Source: Squalus acanthias (Eukaryota). Taken from it: a DNA stretch of 64,000 bases. The translations under genes were made by a program, and so were the position numbers. Of the stretch, positions 13,048 to 26,509 are shown piece by piece (position 1 is the stretch's first letter; the number at the start of each line of letters is the position of its first letter). The DNA lies in NCBI GenBank assembly GCA_030390025.1, contig CM059432.1, positions 97,528,001-97,592,000 on the forward strand. Reading direction: 5' to 3'. Below the pieces are notes generated by a model that saw only the letters and a list, made by a program, of their open reading frames with translations, ran no database searches and was not told the origin of the DNA.

Positions 13048-13286
13048 CCTGACCACCTGTGTGAGCTCGTTAAACTTCCTCCTGCACTGGGTATGATACC
13101 TGGGGTCCATAGTGCTGCCCGTGACGTGGTCTGCCACCTCCCTCCACATAGTCCGGCAGACTTGTGACAAGGGCCTCCTGCCAGTTGGTCCAGGACCGCC
13201 CGCCTTCTCTCCACCGCTAAAACCAATGCCTCCAAAGCTTCCTCGGAAAACCTCCAGGTTCTCTCCCTGAGGTGGCGATCTGCCAT
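13048..13286 (-). pseudogene. Harbinger Myb/SANT-like DNA-binding gene, exon 1 (rest deleted)
   Basis: MADRHLRERTWRFSEEALEALVLAVERRR...QCRRKFNELTQVVR with a frameshift; donor reads ATGAGT instead of GTGAGT. Confidence 0.85.
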
Positions 13287-13461
13287 CAGGATTTGTAAAT
13301 AAGTGCTCCTTCTCTTTATCATTCTTCTTATGGTTGTTGAGACAGCTGCACACCCAATAATGCTGAGAATGAGGTGCTGCAGCAGCAATGGACCTTCCCT
13401 TTAAGTAGTGAAAAAAGCCTGTGACAATCATTACTTGCGTTTAGATTGCCTCCAGCAAGTA

Positions 13462-14645
13462 TCAGCAAGTGGCTTAGTTGGTTGCACTCTCACCTCTGAG
13501 TCAGACGGTTGTGGGGTCAAGTCCCACTCCAGGACTTCAGCATAAAAATGTGAGCTGACACTTCCAGTACAATACAGAGGGAATGCTGCATTGTCAGAGG
13601 TGATATTAAACCGAGGTCCCATCTACTCTCTCAAGTGAATGTAAAAGAACCCATGGCACTATTTCGAAGAAGAGCAGGGGAGTTATCCCTGGTGTTCCTG
13701 GCCAATATTTATCCCTCAATCAACATCACTGAAACAGATTATCTGGTCATTATCACAGTGCTGTTTGTGGGAGCTTGCTGAGTGCAAATTGTGCTGCCGC
13801 ATTTCCCACATTACAACAGCAACTACACTCCAAAAGTACTTCATTGGCTGTAAAGCGCTTTGGGACATCTGGTGGTCATTAAAGGCGATATATAAATGTA
13901 AAGGGGAGAAATTAGCCACTTTTGCACTTCCGCGGGGCGCTAAGAGCTTACTGGGCGCGGCGAAATTACCGACGCCTGCAAACTTCCACAGCGGGTTAGT
14001 GCTGGTGCTGAAACTTACCACCTCAATCTCCTACGCCCCGGCGATCATGACATCATCTGGTGTGCAGTGTCCCCTTATCGCCCCAGATGTAAAATTCGCT
14101 GCAGCATCGCCGGGCATCAACAACGGCCGCTGCAGGAAACGTTGTCACCTCGGCTGGCTGCTTGGGGAGCGCTAATTAAAGGCAGTGGTGGTCAGGTAGG
14201 CCAAAATTTTATAATGTTCCCAGTGTACTGTATTTTGATTTTTTTCCAGCCCACGATTGATCAGCCCTGCACTCTCTTAGAGTGCTTGGGGCTGCTATGT
14301 GCATATTGTAGGTGCCATCGACGACCATTCCCAGCCTTAGCCTTCAATGACTGCAGCATTGGCCCTTCCCTTTAAGGGAGGGAAGGAGCCTGTAAAACCG
14401 GCAGCGCTGCACGGAACATTGTGCAGCGCTCTGCCGCTACCACCCCTCTCGCTCCCTTTAGCGTTCTAAGGGAAGTGGTAGTGCATGATTTAGCGCTTCA
14501 CTTCCCTCTTCGAGCGCTAAACCAGAAGTTCCCATCGGAATCAATTGTGTAGCGCCCGGCAATACTTTTGTGCTCCTGCAAAAGTTATCACCCCCAACAG
14601 GGCGCTACGCAATTTCCAGCCCTAAGTCTTTCTTTCTCATTCTTC
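13462..14645 (+). mobile_element. Full-length Deu-domain tRNA SINE (tail split by MITE 13902-14622)
   Basis: A-box tggcttagttgg (~13470), B-box-like gggtcaagtccc (~13514), Deu core; tail resumes at 14623 (taagtctttc). Confidence 0.88.
13902..14622. mobile_element. Harbinger-type MITE inserted in SINE tail
   Basis: TIR AGGGGAGAAATT / AATTTCCAGCCC; TSD TAA; removing it restores the SINE tail. Confidence 0.85.
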
Positions 14646-15049
14646 TTTCTATCTTTTCAGTGTAACGCCAATGAGCTTGGGTTTTTAGACTAGAATCATG
14701 ACTCCAATCATTTTAATGAGGAGTGAGGATGAATTTTGCGTGCAGTCTAGATGATTTTCACCTGGCGATAATTAACCATTTCTTGGCTATAACGAATTTC
14801 AAGCCCACATGTTTTCATTGTTATTTAATTGTGGTTTAATTTTTAGTTTTAAGTAAATTATACATTAATAAAGCAACTGCTAAAATTTGATTGCTTTATT
14901 ATTCCAATATTACTTATTTTTCCAATGACCCAGGGAATGAACGGAAAATGTAAAAAACTAACTGATCCAGGGAGAATGCCATTTTGCTTGAACTGTTGAT
15001 AATTTAATGATTACTAGCAGTTAACGGGATTTGGATCAACCTGGAGGAT

Positions 15050-15207
15050 GGGCCAAGAAATTTTCAATTTTGGTGGAGGGCAGAAAACTGACGTGAGCTG
15101 ATCAGTCGGCCGTCATACAACCCTGCGCGATTCAGGCCGAGTGTATCATGAGTGTCCAATCCACTACCGCCAGTTTTCTGCTCCCGCCAAAGTTCAAAAT
15201 TACCCCC
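15050..15207. mobile_element. Short palindromic MITE
   Basis: Inverted arms tttggtggagggcagaaaactg / cagttttctgctcccgccaaa. Confidence 0.6.
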
Positions 15208-16220
15208 GTCATTTTCAAATGTAGAAACTTATTTTCGATAAGAGATGTTTGGTGCAAGGAATAAAATAATCATTTTTACCATTGAATTCCACAGCAATAC
15301 TGAGCTCATGAAATATTAATCAGTTCACATACAATAATATGTGTTTTGTAGATTAATGCTGAAAATAGAACACTATATTGATTCTGTGCAGTTCACTGGG
15401 ACCTGTACTGTAAAAGCTCAGTCCTCAGAGAATTGGACACCCTTATTTTTAAGCCTTTGGTAACAAACTGAGGGCATGACAGATAGAAACAATTATCTGC
15501 AGCATAATTTCAAAACAAAACATATTTAATAAGTCATTGTTATCCTGCCTTGGTGAGAAACCTTTGATTACACTGAAGCAATATTGCACCATTAACAATT
15601 CATTACTTAGGTATTACAGTAATAACTTTTCATACTTAAAGACAGCCACACTGTATGCTATTCTAATACAGTAAGATTTTTCTGAATAACCAAAACTAGC
15701 ATTTCCACTTCGATTAATATTTCCTTTACAGTCAATAAATTAAAACATTGTAATACTGTAGTAGAACTATGCAGCAAAATATAGCACGTGATCCTTCATT
15801 CAGAAAATAAAACTCTTTTGTATCTCCTTGGTTTTTGCAACTCTACCTTAGAACAAAAAGCATTGTCAGTTTCAGGCCACATCTTTTAACAACTACTTAG
15901 GAGTGGGATAGTTACGGTCGGATTGTAGTAACTATTGCATATAAATTTCTTATAATTGTGCTGCATGATGATCTAATTGCTGCTCTATTTTTAGCTTGAT
16001 GACGTGCTCCATTTGAGGTGACAATTAATTAATTTCCCAAGCCATTGATGGAAGTTCCAATTGTTAAGAAATGTAATGAAAAAATATATTTTTGAATCTG
16101 TATTTTGTATCTAGTAGTACATTAAATATTTTATTTCCTTTTGTAACCGAGTGTACTTTCCTTTATGAACACAGCATAAAGGGTCAATTTTCCTCTGCTT
16201 TGCATCCAGTATATGCCTAT

Positions 16221-16680
16221 GTATTGCAAGGGGGTTGGAGTGCAAGAGTAAGGAAGTCTTGCTACAATTGCACAGGGGCTTGGTGAGACCACACCTCTGT
16301 TAAATGTTGGTGCTCAGAGAGATTTAGGTGTCCTCGTACAGGAAACACGGAGTTAGCATGCAGTTATAGCAAGCAATTAGGAAGGCAAATAGCGTGGTGG
16401 CCTTTAATGCAAGGGGGTTGGAGTACAAGAGTAAGGAAGTCTTGCTGCAATTGTACAGGGATTTGGTGACACCACACCTGGAGTACCCCAAAGGGCTGTG
16501 GGTACTGAGTCATTTGAGTATATTCAAGGCTGAGGTAGATAGATTTTTGGACTCGGGTAATCAAGGGATGTCGAGAATGGGCGGGAAAGTGGAGTTGAGG
16601 TCGAAGATCATCCATGATATTATTGAATGGCGGAGCAGGCAAGTGTGGCCTACTCCTGCTCCTAATATTTATGTTCTAAT
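16221..16680 (+). mobile_element. CR1 3' fragments with local duplication and internal deletion
   Basis: CR1 RT C-terminal motifs (GLEYKSKEVLLQLY); shares diagnostic changes with the copy at 34985-36633. Confidence 0.85.
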
Positions 16681-17213
16681 AAATCGTAAAATATAGTATT
16701 TCTTTGCTTTCAACTAGTAGTCACATCAACAATTAATTATTAGTTCCTTTTCAAACTGCAAACTGTCCATTGTAGAGAAGCATAAGAAAGTGAAACTAAT
16801 AAATTCTAGAAAAATTTCCGCTCCTAATATTCACAATGGTAACATCTTAAAAATAAGGAAAACAGGGAAAAAATTGTAAATTATATACTAAAAGTCTTGG
16901 GCCAGGTGCCTATCTATAGGGCAAATAATGTATATAGGGTGAGGGGAACATGTCAGTGGGGCAAAATATCATGGGTAGCTGAACATGCGTTCAGCAGCTG
17001 TAAGGCCCCCCTGCGAGTGATACTTAAAGGGATCATCAACCACTCTCAGGTCAGTTGCTGATTAATTTCTATTGGCTCTGTGTAAGTTTGTGGAAGTGTT
17101 TGGAGCTTTCTAGAGTTGTTTAGAGTTGGTGAGGTGACAGGAAGTGGTGCTACAAGTGGAGAAGGTCTTGGTTCTGATTTCAAGGGTTCTGGTCAGACCA
17201 CTTGCTCCCAGTC

Positions 17214-18330
17214 ATGGGTGCTCTCGTTGTCATCCCTTGTTGCATGACAGGGAGATGGAGCAGGAGCAGCAAGAAAGAGGACAAGTTGCTCACAGAGGGA
17301 GGAGGAGGAGGGGGAGAAGGGCTCTCAGCAGGAGGCCTTACCCACCTAGTATCTTCCGAGAGCAATTCTCTTACCCCAACCTGAGCCAGGAGCAGTGTGT
17401 GAGTGATCTGCACTTCAGAACTGCAGCCTTTCTCCAGGGCAAGGACAGCGCTGCCAGTGGCTGTGAAGGTGACCATGGCCCTGAATTTCCTTGTGTCTGG
17501 ATCCTTGCAAGCTGGAGCGGGGGCGACATCTGTAACATCTCCCAGTTCACCAGCCACTGCTGCATAGGAGAGGTGACAGAAGCTCTTTATGCCAGGAGGG
17601 GGGAGTTCATTGTCTTCTCTCTGACCAGAGAGAAGCAAGTGGAGCGTGCACGTGGCTTTGCCAGGATAGCGGGCTTCCCCACGATGCAGAGTGAAATCGA
17701 CTGCACGCACATTGCTTTGGGGGCACCACATCTAAATGCTGAGATGTCTCGCAACTGCAAAGGTTACCACTCGCTGAATGTGCAGTTGGTGTGCGACCAA
17801 GCTCAGCACATCATGATGGTGAATGCCCGGTATCCTTGCAGCAGTCATGATGCTTTCAGTCTGCACCACTCCGCTGTTCTCTCTTTCTTTAAGCGACCAA
17901 GACAAACCAGAAGGTGGCTGCTGGGCAACAAGGGCGATCCGCTGATGACCTAGCTCATGACCCCGCTCCGCAACCCAACCACATATGGGCAGCATACGGA
18001 CAATGAGAGGCATATTGCCACACAGAATCTGATAGAGCAGACCATTGGCGTCCTAAACAACGCTTCCGCTGTTTGGATCGCTCTGGAGGAGCCCTGCAGT
18101 GCTCACCAGAACACATCTCAAGATTTATCGAGATCTGCTGCATGCTCCATAACCTCGGCATCATGAGGGCACGGCCCTTGCCACCAGGCAAATGGCGGCC
18201 AGCTGCGGAGGAGGTGGAGGAGGAGGAAGTGGATGGGAGGGGGCAACCCAGACAGCCCCTTTCTGCCCGGGATGCCCGTGATCGACTCATCCGACTGAAC
18301 ACAACCCCAATTCCACATTTAACAATAGTC
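17214..18330 (+). pseudogene. Harbinger DDE transposase, frameshifted
   Basis: IDCTHI, GYHSLNVQLVCD, YPCSSHDA, IEQTIG and CCMLHNL motifs. Confidence 0.9.
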
Positions 18331-19891
18331 CCACACCTTACTATCCTCTGATATGGACCATCACAGTGTCCTCTTGGCCACAATGCTGAAATAAAAGTCA
18401 CCACAAAAGAAACATTCCAATCCAACTTTATATATCAATCTATCCAATATAACCGAACAAAGTCAACTAATCACCCTTGTGCATTCCCTTAGTGCCTGTC
18501 TTCATTGTGCCTTTACCTGTCCTAGTGCTCCTACAAAGTGTTACCCCAGTGGCTGCAGCATGGCTGGTGGAAGGCTGCTGACTTTCAGTGGGGGAGACTG
18601 CAGATGGCCTTGCAGAATGACCTCGAGCAGCTCTGGGCCTAGAAGGCACGGCTGTAGACTGCACCAACTCGGCATGGGCGGCAGCTGTCTGGGCTGGCTA
18701 ACAGCAACAGCAAGGGCACTGGTGGAGTGGCAGGAGTGGGAGGACCAGTGCTGTCACCCTGAGAGAGGGCAGCAGGTTTATCCTGCATGGAGCTATTGCC
18801 ACTCCCCCAGGGTGGTGCCTCAACAATCATAGCCATCTGTTGGAGGACAGATTGCTGGACTGCTGTGACACCCTGCAAGCCCCTTTCCACACTGGTAAAC
18901 CCAGATACGACAGCAGCAGTCTGAGCTTGCGTGGCAGCAAACTGAGACTGCATGAGAGCAGTCTGAGCCTGCATGACTTCAGTCTGAGCTTCCACTGCAG
19001 CACTCAGACATAGGGTAGCTTGTGCTTGTCTTGCAATGGAAGTTGAGACATCAGCCATCAGACGCTGCACGATGGTTGGGACTACAAGTGCGCTAATGGA
19101 TCTGTCCATGCCTTCCATGCTGGAAAGAATGGGCTCCAAGCTCTTTTCAAAACACTATGCAAGGTTGGTGCTGGAATCCTCTAGACTCCTTGACATTGCA
19201 CTTAGACTTTCTGGCAGGCCTGCAAATGCACCAAGCATTTTGTTGTGCATACCCGATCTTCTGTAGGCCGCCCCATCAAAGTCCTCATCAAACTTCTCTG
19301 CAGCCCAACTCGTGCGCGACCTTGCCCTCTGTGAAACTAACACCTGCGCTACCCATTCCCCCTGCCCTGGCTGCAGGCCCCTCATGCCCGGTGCCTCACT
19401 TCATGCAGATACTGCCTCTAAGCTACCCTCTAAACTCTGTGCAGTGCCAATATCTGAGCTGTTGGCTGCGATTGTCAGATTGAGTGACAGTGTTTCTTCT
19501 TCTACATCACTCTCCTCTTCCTCTTCTTCTACAACCACTGGCTGGGCAGGTTGGACTTCTTGGGTATCTGAAATGAGAAAGGCATAAAGGGAGGGTTGTG
19601 GTGAGGGGAGCGGGGGACGCAAGAGGTGAATGCTTACACCATGTGCAGATTATAAATCAGCAGAGATTGTGGGATGAGGGGGAAGTGGGATGTGAGATGA
19701 AGGATTAGGTTTGAGGATACCGGCATCTTGTATTCTTTCAGCCCCCTCGCTGGCCATGGGCTCAGCCATGCTGCTCCCAAGAATGGCCAGCACAATCTCC
19801 TGCAAGGAGGTGAGGTGATGAGATGAGCCTGTCCCCCGCTGGTTAGGTTCTGCTGGCGCCGGTTATGGGCCACTTATTCCTGCAAGCGAAA

Positions 19892-20150
19892 GTGAAGTGT
19901 GTCAGTGAGTGTGGTGCAATGTGTTTGGGTGATGTGTGTCAGTGAGTGTGGTGCAATGTGTTTGGGTGAAGTGTGTCAGTGAGTGTGGTGCAATGTGTTT
20001 GGGTGAAGTGTGTCAGTGAGTGTGGTGCAATGTGTTTGGGTGAAGTGTGTGAGTGAGTGTGGTGCAATGTGTTTGGGTGAAGTGTGTCAGTGAGTGTGGT
20101 GCAATGTGTTTGGGTGAAGTGTGTCAGTGAGTGTGGTGCAATGTGTTTGG
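19892..20150. repeat. 37-bp minisatellite, 7 copies
   Basis: Unit gtgaagtgtgtcagtgagtgtggtgcaatgtgtttgg repeated nearly perfectly. Confidence 0.97.
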
Positions 20151-20199
20151 GTGATGCGCCTTTCATGTTTGAATAGCTGGCATCTAACTGGGAATGGAG

Positions 20200-20490
20200 G
20201 CCATAAATATAGATAATCACCAATAAATCAAATAAGGAATTCAGAAGAAACTTCTTTACCCAGGGAATGGTTAGAATGTGGAACTCGCTAGCACAAGGAG
20301 TAGTTGAGGTGAATAGCATAGATGTATTTAAGGGGAAGCTAAATAAACACTCGAGGGAGAAAGGAATAGAAGGTTATTCTAATAGGGTTAGATGAAGAAG
20401 TGTGGGAGGAGACTCATGTGGAGCATACACACTGGCATGGACCAGTTGTGAAGAATGGCCTGTTTCTGTGCTGTACATTTTATGTATACA
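20200..20490 (+). mobile_element. CR1-like 3' fragment
   Basis: Homologous to 1-240. Confidence 0.75.
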
Positions 20491-20574
20491 TGAAAATCAG
20501 GAGAGATGTACAACAGTGCCTGCATCGATATTGCCTGTTTTACACTGCTGCGCAATGTCAAAATTACCACCAAT

Positions 20575-20692
20575 AAAGAAAGATTGGATTTATATAGCAC
20601 CTTTCACGACCTCAGGATGTCCCAAAGTGCTTTCGAGACAATGAAGTACTTTTGAAGTGTAGTTAGAATTGCAATGTAGGAAACGCGGCAGC
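20575..20692 (-). mobile_element. Deu-SINE 3' fragment
   Basis: Reverse complement of the SINE tail (tttatatagcacctttcacgacctcaggatgtccc). Confidence 0.8.
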
Positions 20693-20697
20693 GTTTA

Positions 20698-23600
20698 TGG
20701 GAACGGTAGCATAAAAATGTTACTGGATTAGTAATCCAGAAGCCTGGACTAATGATCGGAGACATTCAAATCCTGCCAAGGCAGCTGGGAAATTTTAATC
20801 AGTTAATTAATTAAATCTGGAATAAGAAAAAGCTAGTACCAGTAATGGTGACCATGAAACTACCGATTGTCGTAAAAACCCATCTGGTTCACTAATGTCC
20901 TTTAGGGAAGGAGAGCTGCCGTCCTTACTTGGTCTGGCCTATATATGACTCCAGACCCACAGCAATGTGGTTGACTCTTAACTGCCCTTTGAAATGGCCC
21001 ATTCAGTTGTAACAAACAATAAGAAGAATAAAACCGGACGGATCAGCCGGCACTAGGCACTGGACTCGGACATGGCAACGGCACACCCAGCCCAGTTGAC
21101 CCTGCAAAGTCCTCCTCACTAACATCTGGGGACTTGTGCCAAAATTGGGAGAGCTGTCCCACAGACTTGTCAAGTAACAGCCTGACACAGTCATACTCAC
21201 AGAATTATACCTTTCAGCCAATGTCCCAGATTTCTCCATCACCATCCCTTGGTATGTCCTATCCCACCGACAGGGCAGACCCACCAGAGCTGGCAGCAGA
21301 TTGGTATCCAGTAGGGAGGGAATGGCCCTGAGAGTTGTCAACATTGAATGGCTTTAGGTCAAGCGTGGGCAAGGAAACCTCCTGCTGATTACCATCTCCC
21401 GCCCTCCCTCAGCTGATGAATCAGTGCTCGTCCATGTTGAACACCACTTGGAAGAAGCACTGAGGGTAGCAAGGGCACAGGATGTACTCTGGGTGGGGCA
21501 CTTCAATGTCCATCACCAAGAGTTGCTCAGTAGCACCACTACTGATTGAACTGGCCAAGATCTGAAGGACATAGCTGTCAGACTGGGCCTGCGGCAGGTG
21601 GTGAGAGAACCAACACAAGGGAAAAACCTACTTGACCTCGTCCTCACCAATCAACCTGTTGCAAATGCATCTGTCCATGACAGCATTGGTAGCAGTGACC
21701 ACCACACAGTCATTGTGGTGAAGAAGTCCCATCTTCACACTGAGGACACCCTCCATCGTGTTGTGTGGCACTACCACAGTGCTAAATGGGATAGATTCAG
21801 AAAAGATCTAGCAGCTCAAAAGTGGGCACCCTTGAGGCGCTGTGGGGCAGCAGCTGAATTGTATTCCACCACAATCTGTAACCTCATGTAATGGCATATC
21901 CTTCACTCTACCATTACCATCAAGCCAGGGGACCAACCCTGGTTCAATGAGGAGTGTAGAAGAGCATGCCAGAAGCAGCACCAGGCATACCTAAAAATGA
22001 AGTGCCAACCTGGGGAAGCTGCAGCACAGGACTACATGCATGCTAAACAACAGAAGCAGCATGCTATAGACAGGGCTAAGTGATCCCACAACCAACGGAT
22101 CAGATCAAAGCTCTGCAGTCCTGCCACATCCAGTCGTGAATGGTGGTGGACAATTAAAAAACTAACTGGAGGAGGAGGCTCCATGAATATCCCCATCCTC
22201 AATGAAGGCGGAGCCCAGCACGTGAGTGCAAAAGACAAGGCTGAAGCATTTGCAACTATCTTCAGCCAGAAGTGCCGAGTGGATGATCCATATCGCCTCC
22301 TCCTGAGGTCCCCACCATCACAGAAGCCAGTCTTCAGCCAATTCGATTCACTCCATGTGATATCAAGAAGCTGCTGAGCACACTGGATACAGCAAAGGCT
22401 ATGGGCCCCGACAACATCCCGGCTATCGTGCTGAAGACTTGTGATCCAGAACTAGCCGTGCCTCTAGCCAAGCTGTTCCAGTACAGCTACAACACTGGCA
22501 TCTACCCGACAATCTGGAAAACTGCCCATGTATGTCCTGACCACAAAAAGCAGGACAAATCCAATCTGTCCAATTACTGCCCCATCAGTCTACTCTCAAT
22601 CATCAGCAAAGTGATGGAAGGTGTCGTCGACAGTGTTATCAAGCGGCACTTACCCACCAATAACCTGCTCACTGATGCTCAGTTTGTCCGCCAGGACAAA
22701 ATGCTGAACTCCGGAGTTGAGGTGAGAGTGACTGCCCTTGACGCCAAGGCAGCATTTGACCGAGTGTGGCATCAAGGAGCCCTAGTAAAATTGAAGTCAA
22801 CGGAAATCAGGGGGAAAACTCTCCACTGGCTGGAGTCATACCTAGCACAAAGGAAGATGATTGTGGTTGTTGGAGGCCAATAATCTCAGCCCCAGGACAT
22901 TGCTGCAGGAGTTCCTCAGGGCAGTGTCTTCGACCCAATCATCTTCAGCTGCTTCATCAATGACTTTCCCTCTATCATAAGGTCAGAAGTGGGGATGTTC
23001 GCTGATTATTGCACAGTGTTCAGTTCAACTCGCAACTCCTTAGATAATGAAGCAGTCTATGCCCACATGCAACAATACCTGGACAACATTCAGACTTGAG
23101 CTGATAAGTGGCAAGTAACATTCGCGCCATACTAATGCCAGGCAATGACTATCTCCAACAAGAGAGAGTCTAACCACCGCTCCTTGACATTCAACAGCAT
23201 TACCTTCACCAAATCCCCCAACATCAATATCCTGGGGATCACATTGACCAGAAACTGAACTGGACCAGCCACATAATTACTATGGCTACAAGAGCAGGTC
23301 AGAGGCTGGGTATTCTGCGGTGGCGCCTCACCTCCTGACTCTCCAAAGCCTTTCATAGGAACAGGAGTAGGCCATTTAGCCCCTTGAGCCTGCTCCGTGA
23401 TTCAATGAGATCATGGCTGATCTGCGACCTAACTCCACATACCCACCTTTGCCCCATATCCCTTAATATCTTTGGTTAACAAAAATCTACCAATCTCAGA
23501 TTTTAAATTAACAATTGATCTAGCATCAATTGCCATTTGCGCAAGAGAGTTCCAAACTTCTACCACCTTTTGTGTGTAGAAGTGTTTCCTAATTTCACTC

Positions 23601-25882
23601 CTGAAAGGCCTGGCTCTAATTTTTAGACTATGCCCCCTAGTCCTAGAATCCCCAACCAGTGGAAATAGTTTCTCTCTATCTACCCTATCTGTTCCCCTTA
23701 ATATTTTGAAAACTTCGATCAAATCACCCCTTAATCTCTAAATTCCAGGGAATACAACCCTAATTTGTATAATCTCCTCATAATTTAACCCTTGAAGTCT
23801 GGATATCATTTTGGTAAATCTACGCTGCTCTCCCTCCAAGGCCAATATATCCTTCCTAAGGTGTGGTGCCCAGAACTGCTCACAGTGCTTCAGATGTGGT
23901 CCAACCAGGGCTTTATATAGCTGTAGCATAACTTCTACCCCCTTGTACTGTAGTCCTCTAGATATAAAGGCCAGCATTCCATTAGCCGTTTTGATTATTT
24001 TCTGCACCTGTTCATGACATTTAAATGATCCGTGTACCTGGACCCCCAAGTCTCTTTGGACCCCCACTGTTTCTAGCTTTTCACCATTTAGAAAGTACCC
24101 TGTTCTATCATTTTTAGGTCCAAAGTGGATGACCTCACATTTGCGTACATTGAAATCCATTAGGCACAGTTTTACCCATTCACTTAATCTATCAATATCT
24201 CTGTAATGTTATGCTTTCATCTACACTGCCTACAATGCTGCCTATCTCTTTCTCATCAGCAAATTTGGATATGTGGCTTTCTATCCCATCATCTAAGTCT
24301 TTAATAAATACAGTGAGTAGTTGAGGCCCCAACACAAATCCCTGCAGGACACCACCAGTCACAGCCTGCCAATGAGATTGCCTGCCCATTATCCCTACTC
24401 TCTGTCTCTGCTGCTCAGCCAATTTCCTAAGCAAATCAATAATTTGTCTTCAATTCCATAGTCTTCAACCTTAGTTAACAGGCTCTTATGAGGGACTTTA
24501 TCCAATGCCTCTGGAAGTCCATATAAATAACATCCATGGACATTCCCCTGTCCACTATAGTCACCTCTTCAAAAATTCAATCAGTTTCATCAGGCATGAC
24601 CTACCTTTTACAAATCCATGCTGGCTCTCTCTGATCAGCTGAAAATTTTCAAGGTGTTTAGTCACCCTAGCCTTAATTATGGACTCTAGCAATTTCCCGA
24701 CAATAGATTTTAAGCTAACTGGTCTATAATTCCCTGATTTCCATCTCTCACCATTGTTAAATAGCAGAGTTACATGCGTAATTTGCCAATCTGAAGAATC
24801 TGTTCCTGAATCAAGAGAACGCTAGAAGATTATAGTTAGGGCATCTGCAATGTGCTCACCTACTTCCTTTAAAGCCCTGGGATGGAAACCATCTGCTCCT
24901 GGGGATTTGTCACTCTTTAGTGCCATTATTTTCTTCATTAATGTTATTTTGCTTACGTTAATTTTGTTAATGTAATTATTCAACATGTCCACCATTTCCT
25001 TATTATCATTGACAATATCACCGTTATCAGTTTTCAAGGGGCCGACATTGCTCCTGACCACCCTCTTTTTCCTAAAATAATTGTAAAAAAAAATGTGTTG
25101 ATTTTGATATCCCTTGCAAGTTTCTTTTCATACTCCCTTTTTGTAGATCTTACTATCTGTTTTCACACCATTTGCTGATCTTTGCATCTTTCCCATTCGC
25201 CAAATCTATGCTATTTTTTGCATTTTTGTATACTTTTTCATTTAATTTTATATTGTTTCTTACCTCTTTAGTCATCCAGGGCTGTTTAGGGGTATGAACT
25301 GGTTCTGTATCACATTAAATTCTTTTTTGAACACCTTCCACCATCAAAAGGCACAAGTCAGGAGTGTGATGGAATATTCTTCACTTGCCTTGATGAGTGC
25401 AGCTCCAACAACACTCAAAAAGCTCGACACCATCCAGGACAAAGCAGCCCGCTTGACCGGAACCCCATCCATCACCTTAAACCTTCACTCCCTCCACCAC
25501 CGGCGCACCGTGGCTGCAGTGTGTACCATCTACGAGATGCACTGCTGCAACTCACCAAGGCTTCTTTGACAGCGCCTCCCAAACCCCTGATCTTGACCAC
25601 CTAGAAGGACAAGGGCAGCAGGTGCATGGGAACAGCACCACCTCCAAGTTCCCCTCCAAGTCACACACCATCCTGACTTGGAAATATATCACGGTTCCTT
25701 CATTGTTGCTGGGTCAAAATCCTGGAACTCCCTCCCTAACAGCACTGTGGGAGTACCTTCACCACATGGACTGCAGCGGTTCTAGAAGGCGGCTCACCAT
25801 CACCTTCTCAAGGGCAATTAGGGATGGGCAATAAATGCTGGCCTTGCCAGCGACACTCACATCTCATCAATGAATAAAAAAT
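20698..25882 (+). mobile_element. Near full-length APE-RT LINE (CR1/L2 group, distinct family) with SINE-like 5' leader; interrupted by a CR1
   Basis: APE motifs (TNIWGL, ILTE, GHFNVH, SDHH); RT motifs (AFDRVWHQG, GVPQGSV, FAD); 3' tail gggcaataaatgctggcc...aataaaaaa. Confidence 0.88.
23355..25332 (-). mobile_element. CR1 LINE fragment nested in the APE-RT LINE
   Basis: Minus-strand CR1 RT ORF fragments (23429-23722, 23738-24160, 24192-24434); host LINE resumes at ~25333. Confidence 0.92.
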
Positions 25883-25885
25883 TAT

Positions 25886-26509
25886 GGGGGAAAAATTGGG
25901 TGGCGCCCCTTTTGGGGCACTAATTTCGCCGGGGAGCTACTTTTAGCGCCCCGAAAAAATTAGCACCTCTCCACCGGAAATTCAGTATTAGCGCTCCAAG
26001 CAGGAGGTGGGGTGCTACTAGAAGTGCCCCACCTCCTGCTTGGGGCACTTCTACTGAAGTTCGCGGTGCTACATGCAACAGCGCCACGCATGTCGGCATA
26101 TAGCGCCGCGTCATTGCAGGCCTCCCTCCCCTGATTAAAGAGGAGGGGCCTAGCGCTGCGCGCACTGGGGCCCTGCTGGACCATCGGGGAGTGGAGGTGC
26201 CCTGAAAACAGCCCAGCCCTGAAGATGAGAGCCGGGCTGAGGGATCGTGGCCGGCACCCCACATAAATAAGTGAAAGGCTGCAGGTGCTGGCAGTCGGCC
26301 AAAATAAAAATAGCCGCCCGACACCTGCCCCTTTAATTCGCGCTGCCACCGCTGCAAAAACACCCCCTGATCATGTCGCACATATCGTCCAGTGATAGGT
26401 CAGGGGGCACAAGGGAAGCTTGCAATGGGGTGCAGGCGGGGCGCTGTGCACGGCGATGACGCCCCCAGGGGCGCAAACGAGAGGCGCAAATCAACCCAAT
26501 TTTTCCCCC
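25886..26509. mobile_element. GC-rich Harbinger-type MITE (same family as 1189-1946)
   Basis: TIR GGGGGAAAAATTGGGT / ACCCAATTTTTCCCCC; flanks TAT/TAA. Confidence 0.85.

Larger units (their letters stand above)
9654..14806 (+). mobile_element. PIF/Harbinger element 1 (decayed, with nested LTR, SINE and MITE)
   Basis: Contains transposase and convergent Myb exon; right TIR gaatttcaagccc; left end approximate. Confidence 0.75.

Noticed and set aside
13462..13535. tRNA gene
   Set aside because: The tRNA-like head continues into a Deu-SINE body found several times in the window.
19892..20150. 37-bp repeats as a CRISPR array
   Set aside because: Units are head-to-tail with no unique spacers, there are no cas genes, and the context is eukaryotic.
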